Part shown: piece by piece, positions 19,682 to 28,933 of the stretch | How the letters are laid out: each line of letters begins with the position of its first letter | How positions within the stretch are numbered: position 1 is the first letter of the stretch | The notes under the pieces: generated by a model | The model's database searches: none | Told to the model about the DNA's origin: nothing | What the model saw: only the letters and a program-made list of their open reading frames with translations | Assembly (NCBI GenBank): GCA_019056805.1 | Contig: DXJG01000009.1 | Location: 186,015-218,014, forward strand | DNA from: Candidatus Baldrarchaeota archaeon | GTDB taxonomy: Archaea > Asgardarchaeota > Baldrarchaeia > Baldrarchaeales > DXJG01 | Direction: 5' to 3' | DNA: 32,000 nucleotides | Position numbers and translations under genes: made by a program

Positions 19682-20812
19682 ATGCGCAACACCTCACCCC
19701 GATTCGGAAAAGTGCAGCGTATAATGGCAAGAGAAGAAATAGATTCGATCCTTTTAATAAACCCTATAAATGTTTATTATGTAACTGGCTTTTCAACAAT
19801 TTCACCTAGCCTTTCATCTGCAGCAATTATTTCACATGAAGGAGAAATAACACTTATTGTACCTAAACTAGATGAAACAAGAGCAAAAGAAAGATCATGG
19901 ACAGGAGATATACGGGTTTATCAACCCTACCCTTTATCGTTAAACAAAAATAAAGAAAAAGGATTTTTTGAAGTAATTAGAGAAGTACTAAAAGAAAAAA
20001 GTCTTGAAAGTTCCATGATAGGTCTTGAGCTTGGTTTTCTTCCAGTAAAATTCTTTGAAATCTTAAGAAATCACATCCCCAATGCTGGATTCAAAGATAT
20101 TACTCATGATATGATGTTAGCACGAATGATTAAAGATTACAACGAGATAGACAAAATCAAAAAGTCTTTAGAAATCGCTGAAAAGGGTTTAAGAACAGCC
20201 ATAGAAATAGTAGAACCAGGATTATCCGAAATAGACATAGCAGCAGAAATAGAAAATGCAATAAGAAAAGCAGGAGCTCAAAAGATAGGTTTCGAAACCG
20301 TTGTGGCATCAGGACCAAGATCAGCTCAACCACATGCAACAGCTGGAACAAGAAAAATAAACGAAAACGAATTTATAATCATAAACATCTCGGCAGTATT
20401 TAGCGAATACTACTCAGATATCACACGAACTCTATTTTTAGGCACACCTAACGATGAACATAAAAAAATGTTTGAAACAGTTAACGCAGCTTTAAAAGAT
20501 GCCATAGAAAGGGTAGCACCAGGAACACGAGTCAGCGACATAGACAAAGCAGCTAGAAAAACAATACACAATGCTGGATATGAAAATTACTTCATCCATG
20601 CCTCAGGACATGGCATAGGATTAGAATTGCATGAACCTCCTCAAATAACCAGTAACTGCGAAGATATCCTCAGACCAGGAATGATACTATGTATAGAGCC
20701 AGGAATATACGTTCCAGGAAAGGGCGGGGTAAGGATAGAAAATATGGTGCTTGTAACCGAGGAAGGATATCAAATACTCAACGAGCTACCCGATGATATT
20801 TTTCCCTTATGA
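19682..20812 (+). CDS. pepQ: Xaa-Pro peptidase (M24B)
   Basis: YYSDITRT, HASGHGIGLELHE, IEPGIY and GGVRIENMVLV; creatinase-type N-terminal domain. Confidence 0.9.
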   Translation: MRNTSPRFGKVQRIMAREEIDSILLINPINVYYVTGFSTISPSLSSAAIISHEGEITLIVPKLDETRAKERSWTGDIRVYQPYPLSLNKNKEKGFFEVIREVLKEKSLESSMIGLELGFLPVKFFEILRNHIPNAGFKDITHDMMLARMIKDYNEIDKIKKSLEIAEKGLRTAIEIVEPGLSEIDIAAEIENAIRKAGAQKIGFETVVASGPRSAQPHATAGTRKINENEFIIINISAVFSEYYSDITRTLFLGTPNDEHKKMFETVNAALKDAIERVAPGTRVSDIDKAARKTIHNAGYENYFIHASGHGIGLELHEPPQITSNCEDILRPGMILCIEPGIYVPGKGGVRIENMVLVTEEGYQILNELPDDIFPL

Positions 20813-20814
20813 AC

Positions 20815-21513
<699 letters not shown>

Positions 21514-21828
21514 TCACCATACCGCCCATTATACATTACGCTATAACATGCTCAATCAATATAAGTTTACTCGAAAATACAAGCATTGGTACATTGCAAC
21601 TTAACAATATCAAATTTTGCAATTCTTTTGCAATTCGTAATTCGAATATTTTTTGTTTCAACTGTAAAAAACAGAATATACCAAAATTATATTCAGAAAT
21701 ATCAAATTAGCATTATTTTACTAATACAAGATTATCTAAAAGGTAACGCGTATAAAATTCGTGAAGATAACTTTTTAAAATTCTAAAACATTTGAATCAC
21801 ACAAAAAATATAGATAGGAGAGGAGAAA

Positions 21829-23017
21829 ATGACACAAAAAACAACAGTTTCAATAATAAAGGCAGACATAGGTTCACTAGCAGGACACCATGTAGTACAT
21901 CCAGAACTAATTGAACTTGCCAAAAAGGAACTCGAACACGCCAAAAAAGAAGGAATCATAAAAGACTACTACGTATTTAACTGTGGAGACGACCTACAAC
22001 TACTAATGACGCACGACAAAGGAGAAGGAAATTCACAAGTCCACGAACTTGCATGGAACACATTCAAAAAAGCAGCAGAAAAAGCAAGAGAAATGAAACT
22101 CTACGGCGCAGGGCAAGACTTACTAAAAGAAGCATTCTCAGGAAACATACGAGGCATGGGACCAGGAGTAGCAGAACTAGAATTCGAAGAAAGAAAATCA
22201 GACCCAATCCTAGTATTCGCAGCAGATAAAACAGAACCAGGAGCATTCAACCTACCACTATTCAAAGTATTCGCAGACCCCTTCAACACCCCAGGACTCG
22301 TAATAGACCCAAACATGCACGGACCAGACCTAGAACACACAGGATTCAAATTCAAAATACTTGACGTAATAGAAGGAAGAAGCGTAGTCTTAAAAGCACC
22401 AGAAGAAATCTACGACATTCTCGCATTAATAGGTACAACAGGGCACTATGTAATCGAAAAAATATGGAGATACGACGATCTACCAGCAGCATCAGTATCC
22501 ATAACAAGACTAAGCTTGATAGCAGGAAAATATGTGGGCAAACTAGCAGCTATAATGGCTGCTAGGCCTAAAGATGACCCAGTTGCTATCGTACGTGCGC
22601 AACACGGTCTTCCAGCCGTAGGCGAAGTACTCGAAGCTTTTTCATTTCCACACGCCGTCGCAGGTTGGATGCGTGGTAGCCACTACGGGCCCCTAATGCC
22701 TGTAGGATTAAAAGATGCTCGATGCACCAGATTCGACGGCCCCCCAAGAATCGTATGTCTAGGATTCCAAGTATGCAATGGCCATCTAATTGGTCCTTCA
22801 GATATGTTTGACGATCCAGCATTTGACAGAACCAGAATGCTTGCCAACGAAATTGCCGAATATTTCAGAAGACATGGACTCTTCATGCCCCACAGACTCG
22901 GTCCAGATGGGAGAAGAACAATAACAGAATTAAACATGTTCTTCTCCCAGGACTCACGAAATGGAATATACAACGCTACCTCAGGTGCTAGAGAAACTCA
23001 GAGAACGATTCAAGTAA
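21829..23017 (+). CDS. fbp: Fructose-1,6-bisphosphate aldolase/phosphatase (class V); join(21829..22541,22572..22906,22956..23017), 369 aa after removing two introns
   Basis: KADIGS..GHH, GDD, YGAGQDLL, DKTEPGAFN, GWMRGSH and RFDGPP. After splicing, YVGKDDP and HRLGPDEMEYTTLPQVL are restored; stop TAA at 23015-23017. Confidence 0.93.
22542..22571 (+). other. Putative BHB-type mRNA intron 1 of fbp (30 nt, in frame, relaxed motif)
   Basis: GGGC-AA^A-CTAGCAGC-tataatg-GCTGCTAG-GCCT-AA^A. Removal converts YVGK-LAAIMAARPK-DDP to canonical YVGKDDP. Confidence 0.82.
22907..22955 (+). other. Putative BHB mRNA intron 2 of fbp (49 nt, frameshifting, strict BHB)
   Basis: TCG-GTCC-AG^A-TGGGAGAAGAACA-(16 nt)-TGTTCTTCTCCCA-GGAC-TC^A-CGA. 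Removal restores the frame and the conserved C-terminus. Confidence 0.9.
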
Positions 23018-23018
23018 A

Positions 23019-23038
23019 CCATTTTCCTTTTATTTTTC
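23019..23038 (+). terminator. Pyrimidine-rich archaeal terminator candidate for fbp
   Basis: CCATTTTCCTTTTATTTTTC directly follows the spliced-frame stop at 23017. Confidence 0.45.
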
Positions 23039-23107
23039 AATAACTTTACAATACTCTAATTTAATTTTTTATTTTCCCAAGATACTCAATTCCAGAAAAA
23101 TATAAAT

Positions 23108-24169
23108 CTAAAAAATAGCATCGATGAGATTTAAAATAAATGTAGGAGGAACAGTGAGATAAAAATAATTTTCGTTAAATACCGATTTAAATAAAATCTC
23201 TGATTCTAATAGTTCTTCTACACATTCATTAAGCATATATTTTGCTATTTCGTCCCTTATTTCATCGCATAATAAATAATACAAATCTCTTAATTCTTTA
23301 AAAGATAAGTATGCCTTTTTAGGTCTTCTTGAGAGATGCAACGCCATTTTTTCCAGTAAAAGAACGCTTTGCATGTTCATATTTCTTAAAGCTTCCAATA
23401 TCACAAGATCATCATTTAATATCCAAAGTAAGTCATGAGAACATTTTCTAACGTCTTCAACGGTTATTTCCATTCCAGAAGCCGCAAACGGATAAAGCCT
23501 TCTTAATATTTCAATAGATACACTCGGTCTATTAATGTCAAACTCGCAAACTAAATCCGTAATGTACCTAATCACATCTATATCAATTTCTATAGGAAAC
23601 GCTAACTTTACACGTTGCAAAGTTATATCAAAAAGCTGACGAGGCGTATAGATTCCAAGTTTCAAAATGAAATCTAAACGATTTTCTAAATTAGAGAAAC
23701 TTTTTCTTGAAAGAGTTCCGGCATCAGCTGATGCTAAAACAATTATATTCCTTTTTTTACTCTCTCTTAAAACTTTACGAAATAAACTGGAATACAGATC
23801 AACATCATCTAGCACTAATACTAGGAAAAGATCCTTATACTTCTCATTACTTATACATTCAACTTCGTTTCCAATGAAAGAAAACTTTCTTCCACCTATA
23901 ATATTATTTAAAAATTTCTTATTTTCAGAATCATGCATATTGACAAAAACTTTAGGGAATCCATAAGCATCCTTTATTTTCTCCCCTAAATAGTTCACGA
24001 AAGCGGTTTTACCTATACCATTAATACCAGTAACCACAATGTGCAAGGGGTATTGATGGCTTATTCCATCTTCTACGAATGTTTCTGCTACTTTGAGTTC
24101 CTTTTCCCTATGTAATAATTCTGGTGGGATAAAGAAAGGGTCAAAAATTGCAGCTGGGCCGATATTCAA
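23108..24169 (-). CDS. cdc6: Cdc6/Orc1-like AAA+ ATPase (divergent)
   Basis: IPPELLHREKEL, Walker A GINGIGKT, Walker B VLDDVD, YTPRQLFDITLQR and a winged-helix-like C-terminus; GGTGA SD before the TTG start. Confidence 0.75.
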   Translation of the reverse strand: MNIGPAAIFDPFFIPPELLHREKELKVAETFVEDGISHQYPLHIVVTGINGIGKTAFVNYLGEKIKDAYGFPKVFVNMHDSENKKFLNNIIGGRKFSFIGNEVECISNEKYKDLFLVLVLDDVDLYSSLFRKVLRESKKRNIIVLASADAGTLSRKSFSNLENRLDFILKLGIYTPRQLFDITLQRVKLAFPIEIDIDVIRYITDLVCEFDINRPSVSIEILRRLYPFAASGMEITVEDVRKCSHDLLWILNDDLVILEALRNMNMQSVLLLEKMALHLSRRPKKAYLSFKELRDLYYLLCDEIRDEIAKYMLNECVEELLESEILFKSVFNENYFYLTVPPTFILNLIDAIF

Positions 24170-24312
24170 TTGACATCACCAATTTTATGTTTAAAGTGAT
24201 GTATTTAAACTCCAATAAAATATTCATTTAAAAGTATAAATAACAATTAGAGGGAGAGGTCATTGAAACTATCAACCTTTTTAAGAAGGAGTGAGTAAAA
24301 AATAATGGGGAG

Positions 24313-24897
24313 ATGCAAAACTTGATGAATGAGCCCACAGATGAAAAATTAAAACAAATATCGAAAATGTTAGATGAATTAGAAAGAAAAACAACCTTGG
24401 AGGCAATAGCTCTCGTTTCCAAAAGCGGTTTACGTGTAGCTTGTGCAACAAGTACAGTGGTAGATGCCGACTTATTTTCAGCTTCGGCAGCAGCCTTGAT
24501 AAATATCGGAGAGAAAACAACACGAGAATTAGGACATGGAAACCTAAATGATGTAATATTAAGAGGTGAAAATGGTTTTACGATAGTTACAGAGGTAAAT
24601 CCACAAATGATGCTCGTTGCTAGCTGTAAAGAAACACATAAACTAGGGTACTATATGGCGTTACTCAAAAACTATACAAGACGTATAGCTCAAGCTCTTG
24701 AACTTCCCTCTATTGAAGAAAAGATCCCACAAGTCCTGGAAAAACCTTATGTTGAAGAACATCCTACTCCGCCAGCACCACCAAAACCATTAGAAACAAA
24801 GACTCCAGAACCAGAGGTTTTAGAAACAGAACCTGAAGAGAGAGATGAAGAAGAGGAAGCACTACTAGAGGCTCTAAGAGCACTAGAAGAGGAATAA
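24313..24897 (+). CDS. Roadblock/LC7 domain protein with Pro/Glu-rich C-terminal tail
   Basis: LEAIALVSKSGLRVA, FSASAAALINIGEKTTRELGHGNLNDVILRGENGF and KLGYYM; tail PTPPAPPKP...ERDEEEEALL. Confidence 0.85.
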   Translation: MQNLMNEPTDEKLKQISKMLDELERKTTLEAIALVSKSGLRVACATSTVVDADLFSASAAALINIGEKTTRELGHGNLNDVILRGENGFTIVTEVNPQMMLVASCKETHKLGYYMALLKNYTRRIAQALELPSIEEKIPQVLEKPYVEEHPTPPAPPKPLETKTPEPEVLETEPEERDEEEEALLEALRALEEE

Positions 24898-24898
24898 T

Positions 24899-25483
24899 AT
24901 GAGTAAAGTAATAGTCATCTCAGGTACGCCGGGAACGGGAAAGACTCTAGTATCCTCAATATTAGCTAAAAAAATTAATGGTCTACACGTTAATCTAAGT
25001 GAACTTGTGTTAAAAGAGAAATTGTATAAAGAAATTGATAAAGAAAGAGAAACTGTTGTAGCAGATTTAAGAAAACTCGTCCCTCGCTTAATAGAGATAA
25101 TTAAGTCCACTAATTCTCCAATAATAATTGAAGGACACTACGCTGAAATTGTCCCAGAATCTTTTATCGATATAGTTATAATTTTAAGAACGCATCCCAA
25201 AGAACTCGAAAAAAGATTGAAAGAGAAAAAGTTCAAAGAAAGCAAAATCCGTGAAAATATACAAGCTGAAATTCTAGGAGTTTGTTCCTATAATGCGTTA
25301 AACACCTATAATAAAGAAAAAATCTATGAAATAGATACAACTTCGAAAACACCAGACGAAACAGTAGAATTAATATTGAAAATCATAGAAGGAAAAGGGA
25401 ATGAGTACAAAATAGGAAAGATAGACTGGTTGACAGTACTAGAGAAAGAAGGAACTTTAAGCGAATTTTTCAGAGAAAGGTGA
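24899..25483 (+). CDS. AK6/Fap7-type adenylate kinase/ATPase
   Basis: ISGTPGTGKT, IIIEGHY, LRTHPKELEKRL, KIRENIQAEILG and IDW motifs. Confidence 0.85.
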   Translation: MSKVIVISGTPGTGKTLVSSILAKKINGLHVNLSELVLKEKLYKEIDKERETVVADLRKLVPRLIEIIKSTNSPIIIEGHYAEIVPESFIDIVIILRTHPKELEKRLKEKKFKESKIRENIQAEILGVCSYNALNTYNKEKIYEIDTTSKTPDETVELILKIIEGKGNEYKIGKIDWLTVLEKEGTLSEFFRER

Positions 25484-26106
25484 TGCCCATGAAAATAAAT
25501 GTTAGTAAAAAGGGTATCAGAGTTCTAGGAATATCTGAAAGCTTCAAAAAAGGTATAAGCAAAAAATCTATCCTTGCAGGCATAGTTATGAGAGGAGACC
25601 TAATTATCGATGGATTCGCTATTACAACAATAACCGTTGGGGGTTTAGATGCCACACAAGGAGTCCTTAAACTTTACAACATGCTTGGAAGAAAAGACAT
25701 AAATGTAATTATGCTAAACGGCGTGATAATTGCTTGGTACAACGTTATAGACCTCGAAGAGCTTCATAAAAAAACAGGGGTACCTATAATTGCTGTTACC
25801 TACGAAGAATCGGAAGAAAAACTTGACAAATATTTTAAAGAAAATTTCCCCGAAGACTGGGAGAAAAGAGTGGAAATTTATAGGAGAAACGGTGAAAGGG
25901 AAAAAATATTATTAAAAACAGGATACACAGTCCTAGTAAGATACTTGGGTATGCGAAGAGACCAAGCAAAAGGACTACTTAATAAGTTCACAAGACAAGG
26001 GGCAATACCAGAACCACTCAGAGTCTCCAGACTACTAGCAAGGTCATTACTACAACATCCAATAAAACTTGACTTAATTCAAAACTTTAATAAAAATCAG
26101 TTATAA
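25480..26106 (+). CDS. DUF99/UPF0215 protein (endonuclease V-like fold)
   Basis: IRVLGISESF, IIDGF..TTITVGGLDAT, LNGVIIAWYNVID and IPEPLRVSRL motifs. Confidence 0.82.
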   Translation: MMPMKINVSKKGIRVLGISESFKKGISKKSILAGIVMRGDLIIDGFAITTITVGGLDATQGVLKLYNMLGRKDINVIMLNGVIIAWYNVIDLEELHKKTGVPIIAVTYEESEEKLDKYFKENFPEDWEKRVEIYRRNGEREKILLKTGYTVLVRYLGMRRDQAKGLLNKFTRQGAIPEPLRVSRLLARSLLQHPIKLDLIQNFNKNQL

Positions 26107-26244
26107 TGAGATAATTTTTTACTAATAATTTAACAAAAAATCCTCTGCAAAATTATCAAAACTTTACCCCTTTTTTACCGAAAGATTTTTCTTATTATCA
26201 TCGAAACCGATTTTTGGATATTAAGAATTTTACGGTGACAAACA

Positions 26245-27990
26245 ATGCCACATCTAAAGAGGTTTAACGACGCTATAAGTAAGAAAATCCTTGCATTAAG
26301 CGTTACTGTAGGCATCGTAGCTGGATTAGGTTCAATAATATTCTATACACTATTACAGTTAATGTCTTCAATATTTTTAGAATATATTTGTGGTTTAACC
26401 ATGCCTAAACCCTTTGGTGAACCCCCCCTCATAGAACTACCCTTTGACGTTACTGGTTCACCAAGAAAATGGCTTCTAATTTTAATCCCCACTTTAGGAG
26501 GATTAATATCCGGATTAATTGTTTACACCTTAGCGCCTGAAGCTGAAGGCGATGGAACAGACGCAGTAATAGGAGTCATCCATAACCAAGGAGGAAAAAT
26601 AAGAGGTAGAGTACCAATAATCAAAACCATCGCATCCGCCATAACTATAGGAACTGGAGGAAGCGCGGGAAGAGAGGGACCTATTTCCCAAATAGGAGCC
26701 GGATTTGGATCAGTAATAGCTCAACGTCTAAAACTTTCCCCAAAAGAAAGAGAATTACTAGTGATATGCGGCGCTGCTGGAGGCATAGCTAGTATTTTCA
26801 AATCTCCATTTGGAGGAGCCTTTTTTGGTATAGAAATGCTCTATAAGAGGGACTATGAAGTAGAAGCCTTTATACCAACCATAATATCTAGTTTTGTTGC
26901 ATATAGCATTTTTGCATCAGTAACAGGCTGGCAACCAATCTTCTTCGCTCCACCCTACACTTTTAATCCATTGGAACTACCATTCTTCGCCATACTAGGA
27001 ATTATAGCTGGCCTACTAAGTATACTATATGTTAGAGTGTTCTACGACTTGAGAGATAAGCTCTTCAAAAAAATAAATGTTTCAAATCACATTAAACCAG
27101 CAATAGGGGGCTTTCTACTAGGATTAATGGCATTCTTCTTCCCCTACGTCTTAGGACCTGGATACGGATTAGCCCAACTAGCATTAGAAGGTAAATTAGC
27201 CATATCAATACTGTTAATTTTAATATTTGCTAAAATCGTAGCTACATCTTTAACTATAAATTCAGGAGGAAGTGGAGGAGTCTTCGGCCCTTCCGTAGTT
27301 ATTGGAGCAGCACTCGGAGGCGTATTAGGTGGACTTTTCCATCTAATCTTTCCAACAATAATAGTTAAACCTGAAATATTTGCACTGATAGGAATGGGAG
27401 CATTTTTTGCTGGCTCAGCTAAAGTACCAATATCAGCAATAATCATGGTATCAGAAATGACCGGAGACTACAACATCTTGATCCCAGCTATATTAGCATC
27501 GACAATGGCATACCTAGTTTCAGGAGACTACACAATATATGAAAAACAAGTATTAACTCGAGCAGATTCACCAGCGCACATACCGGAACTCTTATCCGAT
27601 ATATTATCATCTCTAAAAGTTAAAGATGCTATGACGAAGAATGTAATTACCATAAAACCAAGTGCAACGATAGATGAACTTGAAAAACTAATAAATGAAA
27701 CAGAACACTTAGGATTTCCAGTAGTAAATGAAAAGGGAGAGCTCGTAGGAATTGTAACATACGAGGACGTTATCAAAGTTAGACCCGAAGAAAGACCTAA
27801 AATGAGGGTAGAAGACATAGAAACCAAAAAATTAATAGTAGCATATCCAAATGAAAATCTAGATACAGTTCTCCGCAAAATAGTATTACATGATATATCA
27901 AGACTGCCTGTCGTCGATCCAAAGAACCCCAAGAAACTTCTCGGAATAATAACCAGATACGACATTGCAAAGGCAATACATGTTAAATAG
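26245..27990 (+). CDS. CLC-family chloride channel/transporter with CBS pair
   Basis: PEAEGDGTDAVI, GSAGREGPI, SGGSGGVFGPS, GDYTIY and two C-terminal CBS domains. Confidence 0.93.
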   Translation: MPHLKRFNDAISKKILALSVTVGIVAGLGSIIFYTLLQLMSSIFLEYICGLTMPKPFGEPPLIELPFDVTGSPRKWLLILIPTLGGLISGLIVYTLAPEAEGDGTDAVIGVIHNQGGKIRGRVPIIKTIASAITIGTGGSAGREGPISQIGAGFGSVIAQRLKLSPKERELLVICGAAGGIASIFKSPFGGAFFGIEMLYKRDYEVEAFIPTIISSFVAYSIFASVTGWQPIFFAPPYTFNPLELPFFAILGIIAGLLSILYVRVFYDLRDKLFKKINVSNHIKPAIGGFLLGLMAFFFPYVLGPGYGLAQLALEGKLAISILLILIFAKIVATSLTINSGGSGGVFGPSVVIGAALGGVLGGLFHLIFPTIIVKPEIFALIGMGAFFAGSAKVPISAIIMVSEMTGDYNILIPAILASTMAYLVSGDYTIYEKQVLTRADSPAHIPELLSDILSSLKVKDAMTKNVITIKPSATIDELEKLINETEHLGFPVVNEKGELVGIVTYEDVIKVRPEERPKMRVEDIETKKLIVAYPNENLDTVLRKIVLHDISRLPVVDPKNPKKLLGIITRYDIAKAIHVK

Positions 27991-28013
27991 TTAAATTCTT
28001 TTCCCAAAAATCG

Positions 28014-28748
28014 CTATACAAGGCTTAAAAATATTAATATAACAAAAACAAAGAACAACAAAGATAGTAAAGTCGAATACATCATAAATGTTTCAACACT
28101 AGTTTGAAACTGCATAAAATCTCTTTTAATTACCAAAAAGTCCTCAATGGTCTTCCTCAATCGCATTAATTCTTCTTTGAACTCCAATACGCCCGACATT
28201 CTTTCCATCAAATCATTAACTTTTACTTTTTCTTGTCTAATTTCTGAAATTAATTTCATACCATCTTCCACAACTCTCCACATATCATCTACAGCAATAT
28301 ACCAATCCATTTCCTTATATTTCTCTCCAGTAACTCTATATATCTTCAAATCAATCTTTCTAAGGTTTTTTTCGCTAACATAAGATTTAGGATCAATAAT
28401 TAAAGCAACAGCCTTATTAAATAAAGACTGATAAACTTTTTGAGTGTTTATATCCAAATTACTCATAAAATCTGCACCAAAACCTGGATGAGAATGCCAC
28501 CAACCAACTATACTTTCTCCTTTTCCCTCTTTATCTAATTTTTCAGCTATAATTGCCATATCAAGTGGATCTATTTCAACAAAGGTTTTAGAACCCCTGC
28601 TACGTGGAATTTCGACATCAACGATGTTTAGATGACCATCTTCGATTTTTCCAATCAAAAAACCTCCAATTTCTCTATCTAACTTTCGAGAAGCTGTATC
28701 AATGATCTTAATTAATGCAATAGGTGAAATCTTAACTTTCGTCATCAA
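28014..28748 (-). CDS. JAMM/MPN+ metalloprotease (Rpn11/CSN5-like) with coiled coil and C-terminal TM anchor
   Basis: EIGGFLIG, IVGWWHSHPGFGADFMSNLDINTQ (intact HxH...S..D), AVALIIDP and hydrophobic tail LLSLLFFVFVILIFLSLV. Confidence 0.85.
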   Translation of the reverse strand: MMTKVKISPIALIKIIDTASRKLDREIGGFLIGKIEDGHLNIVDVEIPRSRGSKTFVEIDPLDMAIIAEKLDKEGKGESIVGWWHSHPGFGADFMSNLDINTQKVYQSLFNKAVALIIDPKSYVSEKNLRKIDLKIYRVTGEKYKEMDWYIAVDDMWRVVEDGMKLISEIRQEKVKVNDLMERMSGVLEFKEELMRLRKTIEDFLVIKRDFMQFQTSVETFMMYSTLLSLLFFVFVILIFLSLV

Positions 28749-28933
28749 CTTTCACCTACACCGCTTAAAGTATAATAACAACCTTTCCATGTAATTATCT
28801 AGTACTTTGTATTAATTTGTCTTTCCAAAATAAAGGAAAAAATTGACATTTCAGCATTAAATGTCCCCAAAAGATATAAGAATTAAATAATTTAAGTAAG
28901 TACCTAATCGTAAGGTAAGTTCTTTATAAGCGG

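Noticed and set aside
22315-22350. About 6-aa insertion (MHGPDLEHTGF) in FBPase as a third intron
   Set aside because: No stem and no complementary 4-nt helix at the spacing needed for an 18-nt BHB intron; treated as a protein-level insertion.
21829-23043. 404-aa FBPase ORF as given in the ORF track
   Set aside because: The tail after HRLGPD is non-homologous and runs through a T-rich terminator-like tract; the conserved C-terminus lies in another frame and is recovered by removing a strict BHB intron.
24170-24312. Replication origin next to the cdc6-like gene
   Set aside because: No ORB or mini-ORB repeats are recognisable. The ACATCAC/GTGATGT inverted repeat at 24173-24202 overlaps the SD and may be chance.
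28845-28865. Inverted repeat GACATTT-N7-AAATGTC, and a similar CAGGTA-N7-TACCTG at 18003-18021
   Set aside because: Short, single-copy and expected by chance in AT-rich spacers.
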